Below are positions 16,370-31,441 of a stretch of 64,000 nucleotides of DNA, in pieces. This DNA is from the human T2T-CHM13v2.0 reference genome, Homo sapiens. The notes beneath the pieces are model-generated. The model did not search any database and was not told where the DNA came from. It was given only the letters and a program-made list of their open reading frames with translations. Where the stretch lies: the NCBI RefSeq assembly GCF_009914755.1, contig NC_060926.1. One strand, 5' to 3'. The position numbers and the translations under genes were made by a program. The first letter of the stretch is position 1. Each line of letters starts with the position of its first letter.

Positions 16370-19300
16370 AAAAAATACTAATTAAAATTAAAAACTTGCT
16401 GGATGGGCTCAATAGTGGAGTGGAATTGACAGAGAACAGGATCAGTGAACTTGAAAACAGATCAACAGAATTTACTTAGTCTGAACACAGAAAAACAGAC
16501 AAAGAAACAAGAAAGGCATCAGGGACTTGTAGGACAATAACAAATGACCTAACATTCATCCAATCAGAGTTTTAGAGGAAGAGAAGAAAGTATGGCGCTG
16601 AAAAAAATAAAGATATAATAGCTGAAAACTTCACAATTTGACAAAAGACATAAATCTACAGAGTCAAGAAGCTGAGAAAAACCCTAAGTGGGAAAAAATA
16701 AAAATAAAAGATACATCATAAGTCAAGTTTAGAAAATTAAAAACAAAGAAAAAAATCTCAAAAGCAGCCAAAGAGAAATGGCACATTACCTTTAAGGGGA
16801 ACAATAATTTGAATGCCATCAGATTTCTCATCAGAAATCATGGAAGCCAGAAAGAAATGGCACATTTTTCAAATGTTAAAGAAAAAGAACTGTCAAGGCC
16901 AAATTCCATATAGGACAAAACCACCCTTCAGGAACAAAGGGGAACAACATTCTCAGATGACGGAAACTAATTTGTCACTAACAGACATATCTTTAGGAGG
17001 TTCTCCTAAAAAAAAGTTCCTCAAACAAAAAGGAAATGATGTATCAATAAGGTTTAATTTGAGTAAAGGAAGAACACTGGAACGGGTAATAGTCATGGTA
17101 AATATAAAATGAACTATTCTTCATCTTATGAGTTTCTTAAATCATATTTGATAGTTGAAGTAAACGTTATAACAACATTTGATGTGGTGTTCAAGGTGTA
17201 TAGAGAAAATACAAATATTAAATTTTAAAAAGGGAAAAGGAAAAAGGACCTACATGGAAGAAAGGTCTCTAAACTTCAATTGGCAAAAGGCAATAAAAGT
17301 ATCCCTTGTGATAAGTTGTTACATCTATTGTTATACCCAAAGCACACTAAAAAAGGTTAACTAAGCCAGATACTCAAAAACACTATAAACATGTCAAATA
17401 GAATTCTGAAAATATTCAAGCAACCTACAGAAAGACCAGAAAAGAGGAACAGATATGAAAAACAGGAAATAAACAGAAAACAAATAATAAAATGGCTGGC
17501 TTAAGCCCTAACACAGCAATTACTTTTAAGTGTAAATGATATAACTATACTAGTTAAAAGACAGAGATTGGCAGAGAAGTTTCTTTTTTAAAAGACCCAA
17601 GCATATAGCGTCTATAAGAAATTCACTAAAACATAATGACATTGGTAGGTTGAAAACAGAAGTATGGAAAAGATATGCCATACTAACTACTTTTTTTAAG
17701 TAGTGATGGCTACACTGCCATCAGTTAAGTAGACTTCAGAGCAAAGAAAATTATTGTACAAAGATACAAGGATTAATTCATCAAGAAAACATCTTAAATG
17801 TATATGCACCAAACAACAGATATTTAACATGAAGCCAAAACCAACAGAGCTCAAAGGAAAAACAGAGACATCCATAATTATAGTTGGGATCTTCAGCAAC
17901 GAAAATAACTATTAGACGATCAAGAAGACACAGAAGAACAGAACACCACCATCAATGAACAGGACATAACTGACATGTATAGAACACTGCAACCAATAAT
18001 AACAGAATACACATTCTTTTCAAGCATACATGGAACATCCACCAAGATACACCATACCCTCAGTCATAAAAGAAACTTAAAAATTAAAAATTATACAGCT
18101 TATGTTTTCTGATCATTGTGGAAAAAAACTAGAAATCAACAACAGAAAAACAACAGGTAAATCACCAAACACTTGGAAACTAAATGACACACTCCCAAAT
18201 ATTTTCATGGGTCAAGCAAATTTCTAAGGAAAAATTTAAACTATATAGAACTGGATAGAAATGAAAATACAAGACAGCAAAATTTGTGAGATGCAACTAA
18301 AGCAATGCCAAGAGGGAAATTATAGCAATAAATGCTTACGTTAGAAACAAAGAAAGACCTTAAACTAATAATCACAGCACTAGACAAGAAGCAAAATAAA
18401 CCTAAAGTGAGAAGGAAGAAAATAATAAATATAAGAGCAGAAATCAATGACATTAAAAATATAAAAATAGACAAAGATGAAATAAAGAGCGAGTTCTTTG
18501 AAAAAGGTCACTATAACCAGCAAATCATCACTGAAAAAGATAAAATGACACAAATTACTAATACAGTAGCAATAATGAAACAAGGGTTATCACTAAAAAC
18601 CATGTAGAATACTATTACCCTACCAAAGCCTGACAAAGGCAGTACAAAACAAACAAGCAAAAAACTACAACACATCTCTCATACCTATACCTTAACCTCT
18701 CACACCTCTCTACCTATACCTTAACAAAATATTAGCAAATAGAATATGGAAATATATAATTATATACTTTAACCAAGTGAGATTTATACCAGTTGTGTTC
18801 AACATTTTAAAATCAATGTAACTCACCATATCAACAAGCTAAAGAAGTATTAATTCACTAAACATACACTTACCATATGACTTAGCAATTGTACTCTTGG
18901 GCATTTATCCCAGAGGGGGAAAAATGTATGTTCACTCAAAAATCTTCAGACAAAAGTTCATAGAAGCTCTATTTATAATAGTGTAACCCAAATGTTCTTC
19001 AATGAATGAATGGTTAAACAAACTGTAGCATAGCCATCCCATGGAATACTACTCAGCAATAAATAAAGAAATGCATGACAGATACACACAATTTGGATGG
19101 ATCTCAAAAAGTTACATACGGTATGAGTCCATCTACACAATATCCTTGAAATGACAAAATTATAGAGATAGAGCAGTGGTTGCCACGGGTTAGGGATAGG
19201 GCTGGGACAAGATAGACTGACTATAAGGAGGCAGCATAAGGGAGCCTTGTGGTGATGGAATAATTCTTTATCTTGATTACGGTAGTTATAAGAAGCTACA

Positions 19301-19530
19301 CATAGACCTGTGTACACACACAAATGAGTCCTTATAAAGTTGGTGAAATGGAAATATACTCTGTGAATTGTATCAATGTCAATTTCCCAGTTTTAATATC
19401 GTACCACAGTTATCCAAGTTGTTACCATTGAGGCAGGCAGTCTGAAGGGTACACAAGGACTTCCCTGTAAAGTTTTTTGCAACTTCCTCTGAATATGCAA
19501 TTCTCTCAAAACAAAAAGGTTTTTAAAAAA
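16370..19530 (+). mobile_element. Fragmented L1M (ORF1 and endonuclease remnants, then an L1MC/MD-type 3' end)
   Basis: ORF 16813-17112 DFSSEIMEARKKW.IFQMLKKKNCQ resembles L1 ORF1; EN remnant agaatacacattcttttcaagcatacatggaacat; 3'UTR from ~18860. Confidence 0.75.
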
Positions 19531-20099
19531 GTTATTAATAATTATATATGTATTTAATTGCAACTGGTATAATAAGTGGTATGAAAGGGGAAAATTGGGA
19601 ATCTTAGCACATAGCCCTATATAAACTTGAAAACATACAGGTGAAAGTCAACACATAAACAGATGATGCATAAACAGAATTCTTTTTACGCTTCTGCTGT
19701 AACTATGGGTATCCATCTCATCTTTCTCCAGAATAACATGTAAGAACAAGTAATTGTTTTCTATATCCTAACTTGATCACCATCTAGCCCCTTGCAATAA
19801 AACTACTGCTTTTTTTTTTTGCTTCTTTTTATTTGCAAATTATATTCTCTTCCTTTCTCATCAGACCTAAAAAGCAGGCAATTAATAGAACAAGAAATTG
19901 AAGGTCAAAGATGTTTACATTTTTTGTTCAAGGACATAAGCATTTAAATGGCAAAATAAATTCTACAGTCTTCTGATACCTATTCCAATATTTCCCAGTC
20001 ACATATTACTTTGAAATATTATATAACACTAAAGAATCCAAAAAACAAACTGCAAAATACTGTAGGAGAAAGTCCAAGTGGTAATGAGTGTATGTTACA

Positions 20100-20440
20100 C
20101 CAAGATTCTGTGTAGTTGTCTTTGCTCCTGCTTGATGTGGTTGCGAGATGAGCAATTTCACAATTCTTCTTTTAATGACTTTTACATTTTCACCTACTTT
20201 TGCTGTATTTGCTGTCTGAATGACTGCACACTAACCCCAGTGAGATTTTTCTTAAATCTGTGCAAGTGGGCCAGAAAATAAAGCTTAAATGATGAAGATA
20301 AAATCTATGACTACTGCTGAGGACATATTAAAAACGAAACCACACACTACACTCAAGATGAACTTGCTGAATTATCTTTACTGGAAAAAGGCAATTTGTT
20401 TTGCACAACTCCTTTGCAACTGTGACATCAAACTTTCTTG
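20100..20440 (+). mobile_element. Possible ancient hAT-Tip100 (Zaphod/Arthur-like) transposase relic
   Basis: Frame-broken peptides DE...PVRFFLNL...TTAEDIL...KKAICFA resemble the hAT catalytic core; by-eye only. Confidence 0.3.
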
Positions 20441-20633
20441 TAATTACACACACAATTTTTTTTTAATGTACCAGAGAGTAGCTTTCAGCTTCTGGACATC
20501 AATTAATGCCAAGAATTTCACAAGTGTACAAACTACTTACCTATATTAAATACACTCATTAGAAATAATATATTAATTTCCCTTTGGTTGAGGTATACTT
20601 AAAGTGACTTCAGAATTAAGTGCTCAATCTTAA

Positions 20634-23030
<2,397 letters not shown>

Positions 23031-23294
23031 AAAAATCCTCCAGTCTGAAGGCATTAAGTTATCAAAAAGCAAAATATTAAAATATAAAATTTTAGATGGG
23101 CACCCACTGTGTTGCCCTGATTATCCCCCTAGAATGCTACATGCTGGAAAGAGGGGCCTTAGCAGGTTTCTAAGTCTTTAACCTTCAGGTGGAAAAATGG
23201 GGAAACACACAAGAGACACTCCTACGTATAGTTTCAGAAAGAAGTTTAATTAAAAAACAGCTTTTGAGAATAAACATTCTGGAGATGCTTCTAA

Positions 23295-23680
<386 letters not shown>

Positions 23681-23859
23681 AGGACTATCAACTCTTGTGT
23701 TTGGTACACAGGACACAAAGCAGGTGTCCGGTAACTACTTGCGAGGGAAGATACGAATTAACCAAGGAATAAAGTGTTCCAATCTGCATTCTGTCTTGCG
23801 TGGGGAACAAAACCAAACTAAGACCCAAGGATGAGGGTTTACGGTTAAGGTCTTCAGCG

Positions 23860-24490
23860 TGAATAAAAGGCGGCGTGAGCACTAAACGCCGGGGGCAAAG
23901 AACACTCCCGGCCCAGAGTTTGACCCCTCCTAGCGAGTTCTTCCCGGCCAGCTGCCCAACTTTTTGGCCTCTACTCCTCCGCGGGGGCACCATAAGACTC
24001 CCTACAGGTGGGCTACACTTAGGGGTTCAAATGCTGCATTACCGCGCTCGGGTGAGCGACTGCCCGGCCTGCAACTCAAGGGACTCCCAGGCCAAGTGGC
24101 TCCGAACTCGCGAGCTGTCGGAACAGTATTATTTTTGCTGCTACGGGCCATCTGGCCCAGGGCAACAGGGGCTCTGCGAGGAACCATAGAGAAGAAGGGG
24201 CGCCAGATCCCGCGTGCCTGCCCACCCGTCCTTCCTTTGGGCAGTCACCCTGAGCTCGGCAAGCTGTACCTCACCTGTCCACCTGGAAGGCTGCCCGCTC
24301 TCCCTGAGGGTCCTGGGAAGGCGGCACGAGACCGGAAGTGCCCCCCTCAGGTGACGTCACAGTACCGCGCCGGAGCTGATCCGGGAAGCCGATGTCAGCC
24401 TGGCGCGCGGCGCACAGCTGGCTGGGAGATTTCTTACTGGCTTGGAGCCGGTGGTCCAGATCAGAGAGACCTCTTGGAGGGTGTCGGGGT
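23860..24490. promoter_or_regulatory. LDAH: CpG island / TATA-less LDAH promoter
   Basis: Only non-Alu CpG-dense stretch in the window; ETS/GABP CCGGAAGTG at 24332-24340, palindromic CRE GTGACGTCAC at 24351-24360, CTCGCGAG at 24107-24114. Confidence 0.88.
24275..24360 (-). other. LDAH: LDAH non-coding exon 1 (5'UTR); TSS boundary approximate
   Basis: Strong donor GGACAG|GTGAGG at 24275/24274 within the CpG island; no ATG in the exon; splicing to exon 2 gives ACAG-AA-ATG-G. Confidence 0.75.
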
Positions 24491-24734
24491 TTTCCTTTCT
24501 TTTTCATTTGAATTTTATCCGCCTTTTATTTTCTGTCATCCTTGATGTGCTTCTGGCTTCTGGCTTCCCTTTCCTTCTCTCTCATTTGTTCCATGTCTGC
24601 CCCTCTTTTCTCCCTCTTCCCATTTCCCTCTTTCTGCGTTACTAGTTGCATATCTTCCCCACATACACAGGAAAGTTGATTCTCATTTGATCATGTTCAT
24701 AAGCATGATCAATAAAGTATTTTTTTAATTAAGG

Positions 24735-25456
24735 TGTTGCCAACTTTAAGAAAATTCAGAGAATAATATTAAGTATAGAGTTTATTTGGGCTCAGTGCTT
24801 GAGAATGGCCACTCAGGAGCTTAGATTCAAGTTGCCTTGAATATACACTCCAATTAGCAGCAGTCGGAGTAGGTTTTTTTTTTTTTTTTTTTTTTTTTTT
24901 GAGACGGAGTCTTGCTCTGTCGCCCAGGCCGGACTGCGGACCGCAGTGGCGCAATCTCGGCTCACTGAAAGCTCCGCTTCCCGGGTTCACGCCATTCTCC
25001 TGCCTCAGCCTCCCGAGTAGCTGGGACTACAGGCGCCCGCCACCGCGCCCGGCTAATTTTTTGTATTTTTAGTAGAGACGGGGTTTCACCTTGTTAGCCA
25101 GGATGGTCTCGATCTCCTGACCTCATGATCCACCCGCCTCGGCCTCCCAAAGTGCTGGGATTACAGGCGTGAGCCGGTTTTTAAGGAAAGGAGAGGAGGC
25201 AGAGCTTAACTTGTTTACCAAGAATTTATATTTAAAAAACTTAAGCTATTGACTGGCTATGCTTTCTTCCTTGTATCACAAATTCCAGGAACATAAAGAT
25301 AATGGGTGAGGCAGCTAATAAAGAACAAAATGCCTTTAACAATTGCCCTAAGGCATGGGAAGGCGTGGCGGAAGCCAGTATTCACTTCTGTCCGGGTCTA
25401 ATAAATTTTGCATACCTCACATAGCTCAGACAGCTCTGGGCTATTTTTCTTTTCTT
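24735..25456 (-). mobile_element. ERV1 solo LTR (MER34/MER39-like) hosting the AluYb8
   Basis: agagtttatttgggc...agattcaagttgccttgaatatacactccaattagcagcag resumes after the Alu and ends ctatttttcttttct. Confidence 0.55.
24874..25175 (-). mobile_element. AluYb8 (human-specific)
   Basis: Diagnostic 7-nt insertion (ggccggactgcggac), tttcaccttgtt, ctcatgatccacc, ctccgcttccc; pure 27-nt T tract; TSD ggttttt and TTTT/AA site. Confidence 0.93.
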
Positions 25457-25458
25457 AG

Positions 25459-25631
25459 TATGTACTTTTTTTAGACATAATACTGTTGTACACAATAATC
25501 TACAGTACAGTGTAAATATAAATTTTATATGCACTGGGAAACCAAAAAAATTCTGTGAACTGCCTTATTGTGATGTTTGCTTTATTGTGGTAGTATGGAA
25601 CTGAACCCCCAATATCTTCAAAGTATGCTTG
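25459..25631 (+). mobile_element. Tigger1 3' end
   Basis: tttagacataat...ttttatatgcactgggaaaccaaaaaaatt...ggaactgaacccccaatatct. Confidence 0.8.
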
Positions 25632-25634
25632 GAT

Positions 25635-27200
25635 TTAAAAAAGAGGTTTACTTAGCTCATGGTTCTGCACATTGGAAAGCTCAAGGGGCATAGTGTGAGC
25701 ATCTGCTCAGTTCTGGTTAGAGTTTTTTGTGCAGTGTCACAACATGGTAGAAGGTCAAAGGGGAAGCTGATACATGTGAAAACAGACCAAACAGGAGGTG
25801 GAAAACAACCCACTCTCTCAGGGACTCTCTCTTTTCCAATCTCTCAAGAGCTGTTATCAAACCAAACTGGAGTCCAATTGCCTGTGCAGCAAGACCAAAC
25901 ACTGACATCAGGATTATAGTGAAAGAAAGTGAGGCATTTATTGTAGGGTCCCAAGCAAGGAGAACTGGTCAGTTAGTGCTTAAGTCTTGAACTCCCTAAT
26001 TGTTTATAGGTAAGGGTTTTTAAATGCAGGGGTGTCAGAGGTTATAGGCAAAGTCATAAATCAATATATGGAGGTTATATATTGGCTTAACCTAAAAATG
26101 CAGTGAGGTAGGATGCAGGAATTGGACACCAGACCAAATTGAGGACTAGCTAAAACAGGGGCAGGGAGGAAGCAGCTTTCCATATTAATGCCCCTTTCCA
26201 TGGCAACAACCTGACAACCCAGAGGTTACCACCCTTTTCCTAGAAATTTCTGCATAATTCACCCCTTAATTTGCCTGTAATTAAAAATGATTATAAATAT
26301 GACAGAAGAACTGCCTTTCAGATGCTACTCTGGACACACTGCCTATGGGGTAGCCCTGCTCTGCAAGGAGCAGTATCTCTGCTGCTTCTGGACACTACTA
26401 CTTCAGTAAAAGTTGCTATTTAACACCACCGGCTCACCCTTGAATTCTTTCTTGGCGAAGCTAAGAACTCTACTGGGCAAATCCCCAATTTGGGGCTTGC
26501 CTGCCGTGCATTGGCGGGGCATCTCAAAGAGGGGGGCCCACAGGTCATAGGTGGAATTTAAGGATTTTCTGATTTGTGATTTGTTAAGAAGGTGAAACTC
26601 TCTAAAAATTTGATATCAGCAGAAAAGGATATTAGCTTGGGCTCATGGGCATGGCCTCCTTTAAGCACCTCAAGAAGAAATTTAGAACAAAGAATAGTAG
26701 TCAGAGTTTAGCCTTCAATTCTCCCTTATTTGAGGCCTGTGTGCCAGTGGATCCATTTAGTGGGGATCTGGGTTTCTGAAAAACAACTTGGGACATATGT
26801 TAAGATGTTACCTTTAGTTTTTATAGGAAATACAATATCCCGTGACATTAATTTTTTGGCTATTGTTTTAAGCTCTTATTATCTTCTTGCTTTTAAGTTT
26901 GTTTTGTTTTTGTTTTTGTTTTTAGGACTAGCTAGATGTCTGGAATTTTCTTTAAGGAAGTCAAGATTTTTTTTTATTTTCATCTTTTGGTGGAGAGTGC
27001 CCTGCAAGCCCTTAAGAGGGGTCTCTGCTGTGTCTCAGAACAAGAACTGACTTTGGCGAGAACAGCAACAATCTCTTCATGAGGGATCCACCCCATGACC
27101 CCAACACCTCCCCATAGGCCCCACTTCTGAACATCACCACACTGGGGACCAAATTTCAGCATGAGTCTTTTTGGGGACAAACTATATCCAAACCATAGCA
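25635..27200 (-). mobile_element. MST-type MaLR LTR split by an ERV1 LTR (25852-27035, MER31/MER67-like), itself split by another LTR (~26104-26512, + strand)
   Basis: MST pieces at 25635-25851 and 27036-27200 (ends atccaaaccatagca); inner elements begin tgttatcaaaccaaactgg and tgaggtaggatgcagg. Confidence 0.6.
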
Positions 27201-27397
27201 ACACATATTGTGATAAGAAATAAACCTTTGTTGCTTAAGGCTTTGGAGGTTGTTGCTGTTGTTTCTTACCACAGTGCCACACAGCCTGTCCAGATTGATG
27301 CAGAGGGACAGCCACACAGAGATTCTTTTTTCTCCCTCTTTCGATTTTAATTCCTAATACCCGGGGAAGAATTTCTGATTGGCTCAGCTCAGGTCTT

Positions 27398-28342
27398 GTC
27401 CTAGTCCATTTTCTGTTGCTTATAGTAGAATACCAGAAACTGGCTAATTTGTAAAGAAAAAATTATTTCTTACAGTTATGGAGGCTGAGAAGTCCCAGGT
27501 CGAGGGGCTATACCTGGTGAAAGACTCTCTGAAGAGTCTTAAGGCAGCACAGGGCCTCACTTGTCCAGGAGGCTGAGTGTGCTAGCTCAGGTTTCTCTTT
27601 CTTTTCTTGGAAAGCCACCAGTTCCCCTCACATGATACCCCTTAATCTAATTCATTAACCTATTGATCCATTAATCTATGAAGGAATTAATCTATCCATG
27701 AGGGCCGAGCCCTCCTGATTCAATCACCCCATAAAGGTCCCATCTTTTAATACTCCCCTTTGGGGATTAAATTTTAACATGAGCTCATAAATATATACAC
27801 TTACTATGTACCCACAAAAATAAAAAACAAAACACATTATTTAAAATGAAATAAATTTCAACATGAATGCTATGGTTTGGATATGGTTTGTTTTGGCCCC
27901 CACCAAGTCTCAGATTGAAATGTGGTCCCCAGTATTGGAGATGGGGCCTGGTGGGTAGTGTCTGGGTTGTGGGTTGTGGGTATGGATCCCTCATAATGGC
28001 TTGGTGCCATGCTCGCAAGAGTGAATGAGTTCTTGCTCTGTTGCTTCCAATGAGAGCTGGTTGCTAAAAGAGCTGGCACCCCCTCCCTTCTCTCTCTTGC
28101 TTTCTATTGCTGTGCAGTTTCTACATACCAGTTCTCCTTCATTTTCCACCATAAATAGAAGCAGCCTGAGGTCTTCACCAGAGGCAGATGCCAGCACCGT
28201 GCTTCTGGTACAGCCTACAGAGATATGAGCCAAACAAACCTCTTTTCTTTATAAATTACATAACCTCAGGTATTCCTATAAAGCAACACAAACAGACTAC
28301 AACAATGAGTTTTGGAGGGGACAAATATTCAAACCCAGTACC
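27398..28342 (-). mobile_element. MLT1A/MSTD-type LTR with nested mini-L1 (27783-27851) and MSTB-type LTR (27868-28304, +)
   Basis: tgtcctagtccattttctgttgctta start; host resumes atgagttttggaggggacaaatattcaaacc; MSTB tgctatggtttggatatgg...actacaaca. Confidence 0.7.
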
Positions 28343-28349
28343 AATTTTC

Positions 28350-28564
28350 TGTCTTAGCCCATTTACTGTTGCTTATAACAGAATACCTAAAACTGGGTAA
28401 TTTATACATTTTATTTTATTTAATTTCATTTTCATTTTTCACTGTAACCTTGAACTTCTGGGCTCAAGCTATCTTCCTGCCTCAGCCTCCTGAAGAGCTG
28501 GGACTACAGGCATGTGCCATTATGCCCGGCTAATTTATATATATATATTTTTAATTATAAATTT

Positions 28565-28609
<45 letters not shown>

Positions 28610-28979
28610 TTAGAGATAAGGTCTTGCCATGTTGCCTAGGTGTGAGCCACTCTGTCCAGCCTGAAACTGGGTAATTTATTTTAAAAACAAATTTATTAGG
28701 CCAGGCATGGTGGCTCACGCCTGTAATCCCAGCACTTTGGGAAGCCAAGACGGGCGGGTCACTAGGTCAGGAGATTGAGAACATCCTGGCTAACACGTTG
28801 AAACCCTGTCTCTACTAAAAATACAGAAACAAAATAAACCAGGCGTGGTGGCGGGCGCCTGTAGTCCCAGCTACTCAGGAGGCAGGAGAATGGCGTGAAC
28901 CCTGGAGGCGGAGCTTGCAGTTAGCCGAGATGGCGCCACTGCACTCCAGCCTGGGTGACAGAGTGAGACTCCATCTCAA

Positions 28980-29010
<31 letters not shown>

Positions 29011-29200
29011 AAAACTAATTTATTTATTACAGTTCCAGAGGCTGAGAAGGCCAAGGTCAAGAGGCTGAAGCTGGTGAGAGCCTTCTCGCCAGTTCCACTC
29101 CTGTGATAACCCGTTAATCTATTAGCCCATTAATCTCTTAGTCCATGAATGGATTAATCCATTCATAACAGCAGATCCCTCATGATCCAGTCACCAACAT
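28350..29200 (-). mobile_element. Second MLT1A/MSTD-type LTR interrupted by a deleted AluJ with (CA)n (~28410-28660) and an AluY-like element (28699-29012, +)
   Basis: tgtcttagcccatttactgttgcttataacagaatacc; TSD aaactgggtaatttat around the AluJ; (TAAA)n tail on the second Alu. Confidence 0.7.
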
Positions 29201-29604
29201 AGCAGGTCTGGTGTCCAGCAATCATTCAATTGTCAATGACAAGTGCTTGTGGTCATATTGACTTTTTGCCATAAGTAAGAGGATCATAGTGAATGGGGCA
29301 GACATTCCACGAAGATGTCTACTATAATCACAAATGGCCATAAAGTCAGACCACTGTAGACTGACTTAAAAACAGTAAATGAAAAGCTATCGTCTTTTGC
29401 ATAAAAATTTTAGACTCCCGTTACTCATCCATTTTTTATTGACTATCTGTCACATTCCAAACACTCTTCCAGGCTAGGAATACAAAGGCAACTCAAAGAG
29501 AAATGTGATTGTTCTCACAGACACAATAAACAAACTAAAGAAATTAATATATAATGACAGTGCAAGGGGAATTAAAAGGCAAGGTTAGAAACAGAGAGCA
29601 AGGA

Positions 29605-30127
29605 GTGCATTGGTTACTATTTATCCAGTTGCACCAAAATATATCAGCTTAAAACATAAAACATTTATTATCTTACACAGTTTCAAAGGGTCAGGACACC
29701 AGTAGCAGCCTAGCTGAGAGGTTCTAGCCAAGTCTTTCATGAGGTTCCTGTTAAGCCAGTTGCTCAGGGTTACAGCATCTCAAGCCTTGACTGGGGCTGA
29801 AGAAGCAAGACTAGATTATTTGGTTGTTGGCAGGTCAGACTTCCTCAATGGCTGTAGGCCACAGTTCTTCACCATGAGGACCTCTCCACAGTGCTGTTTG
29901 AAATATGGCAGCTTTCTTCCATCAGAGGAAGAGACAGAGAATACAGAGACAGTACCTAAGACAAAAGCCACAGTCTTTTATAACCTAATCTCAGAATTGG
30001 CTTGCTGCATCATTCCCTCAGTGAAATGAATCACTTATCACTTCTACATGCTATTTAATGTGGGAAGATATGTGAATTCTGAAAGGCTGGGGCTACTGGG
30101 GACCATTGTGGAGATGCACTGCCACAA
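29605..30127 (-). mobile_element. MLT1 LTR
   Basis: acatttattatcttacacagtttc...gggtcagga...gtcttttataacctaatctcagaa. Confidence 0.7.
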
Positions 30128-30394
30128 TGGTGCATTACTTTATATCATGCAGGCAGGAAAAATCCTGTCTTAGGTAATTTTGAGAAGAGAGCTGCATGAA
30201 ACTAGGAAATAAATGTTGGATAAGGAGAGTGGGAGAATCCTTATATACTCTACTCTCACACGCCTCTTGTTTTCATTCTGAACTCATGGCTCATATTTTC
30301 TAAATTATCATAAGATAATCATACGGTCCCTTGATACTCTCTCTGTAGTACTATTTTGAATTATTATTTAATACCTACATGGAATTTTAAAGCA

Positions 30395-30849
30395 TTTTAT
30401 TCATTTATTTATTTTTATTTTTTATTTTTTGAGGCAGGGTCTCACTCCTGTTTCCCAGGCTGGAGTGCAGTAGCATGATCACAGCTGACTGCAGCTTTGA
30501 CTTCCTGGGCTCAAGTGATCCTCCCACCTCAACCACTGGAGTAGCTGGGACTACAGGCACATGCCACTACACCCAGATAATTTGTTCTATTCTTAGTATA
30601 GATAGGGTTTTTCCCTGTGGCCCAGGTTGGTCTCGAAATCCTGGGCTCAACTGATCCTCCCACCTCAACCACTGGAGTAGCTGGGACTACAGGCACATGC
30701 TACTACACCCAGATAATTTGTTCTATTCTTAGTATAGATAGGGTTTTTCCCTGTGGCCCAGGTTGGTCTCGAACTCCTGGGCTCAACTTGTCCGCCCCCT
30801 CAGCCTCCCAAAGTGTTGGGATTACAGGCGTGAGCCACCACACCTGGCT
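30395..30849 (-). mobile_element. AluJ with internal 136-bp tandem duplication
   Basis: AluJ diagnostics; 30516-30651 is repeated at 30652-30787. Confidence 0.9.
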
Positions 30850-31059
30850 GGAATTTTTAAGCATTTTAAATTTTTCTCTAAAACTGTAAATTTTAGGGAA
30901 TTCTGCTACTTTTAGGGGTAAAAACCATGCAGTTAAATTAGTTGCTCTAATTCATTATTGATTTGTATTCAACTCAAAATACTGGTTTATTATTATTATT
31001 GTTATTCCTAATACTAAATAAATCTGTTGAAATCTAACATAGATCTTAGTGTAAGGCAC

Positions 31060-31441
31060 TGATAGGGTTTGGCTCTGACTTCCCACTCAAATCTCATTTT
31101 GAATTCTAATCTCCACCTGTCGAGGGAGGGATGTGGTGGGAGGTGATTTGATCATGGGGGTGGCTTCCCCCATGCTCTTCTCCTGATAGTGAGTGAGTTC
31201 TTACAAGATCTGATGCTTTTAAAGTGTTTGGCAGTTTACCCTGTCCTCTCTCTCTCTCTCTCTCTCTCTCTCACCTGCCATGTAAGATGTGCCTTGCTTC
31301 CTCTTCACCCTCCACCATGATTGTAAGTTTCCTGAGGCCTCCCCAGCCATGTGAAACTGTGAGTCAATTAAACCTCTTTCCTTCATAAATTATTCAGTCT
31401 CTGGTAGTATTTTTATAGCAGTGTGAAAATGGACTAATACA
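31060..31441 (+). mobile_element. MSTA solo LTR
   Basis: tgatagggtttggctctg...gtaagtttcctgaggcctccccagccatg...ggactaataca; TSD ggcac. Confidence 0.88.

Noticed and set aside
18671-18725. Short imperfect tandem duplication (ctctc.tacctataccttaac twice); a similar one at ~13107-13144
   Set aside because: Ordinary slippage-scale duplications with no further structure
20534-20544. Consensus minus-strand donor ATAG|GTAAGT in intron 1
   Set aside because: No convincing partner acceptor or exon could be defined by eye
23688-24645. Several overlapping ORFs up to 193 aa over the CpG island
   Set aside because: Stop-poor GC-rich promoter sequence; several begin at non-ATG codons; no recognisable domain
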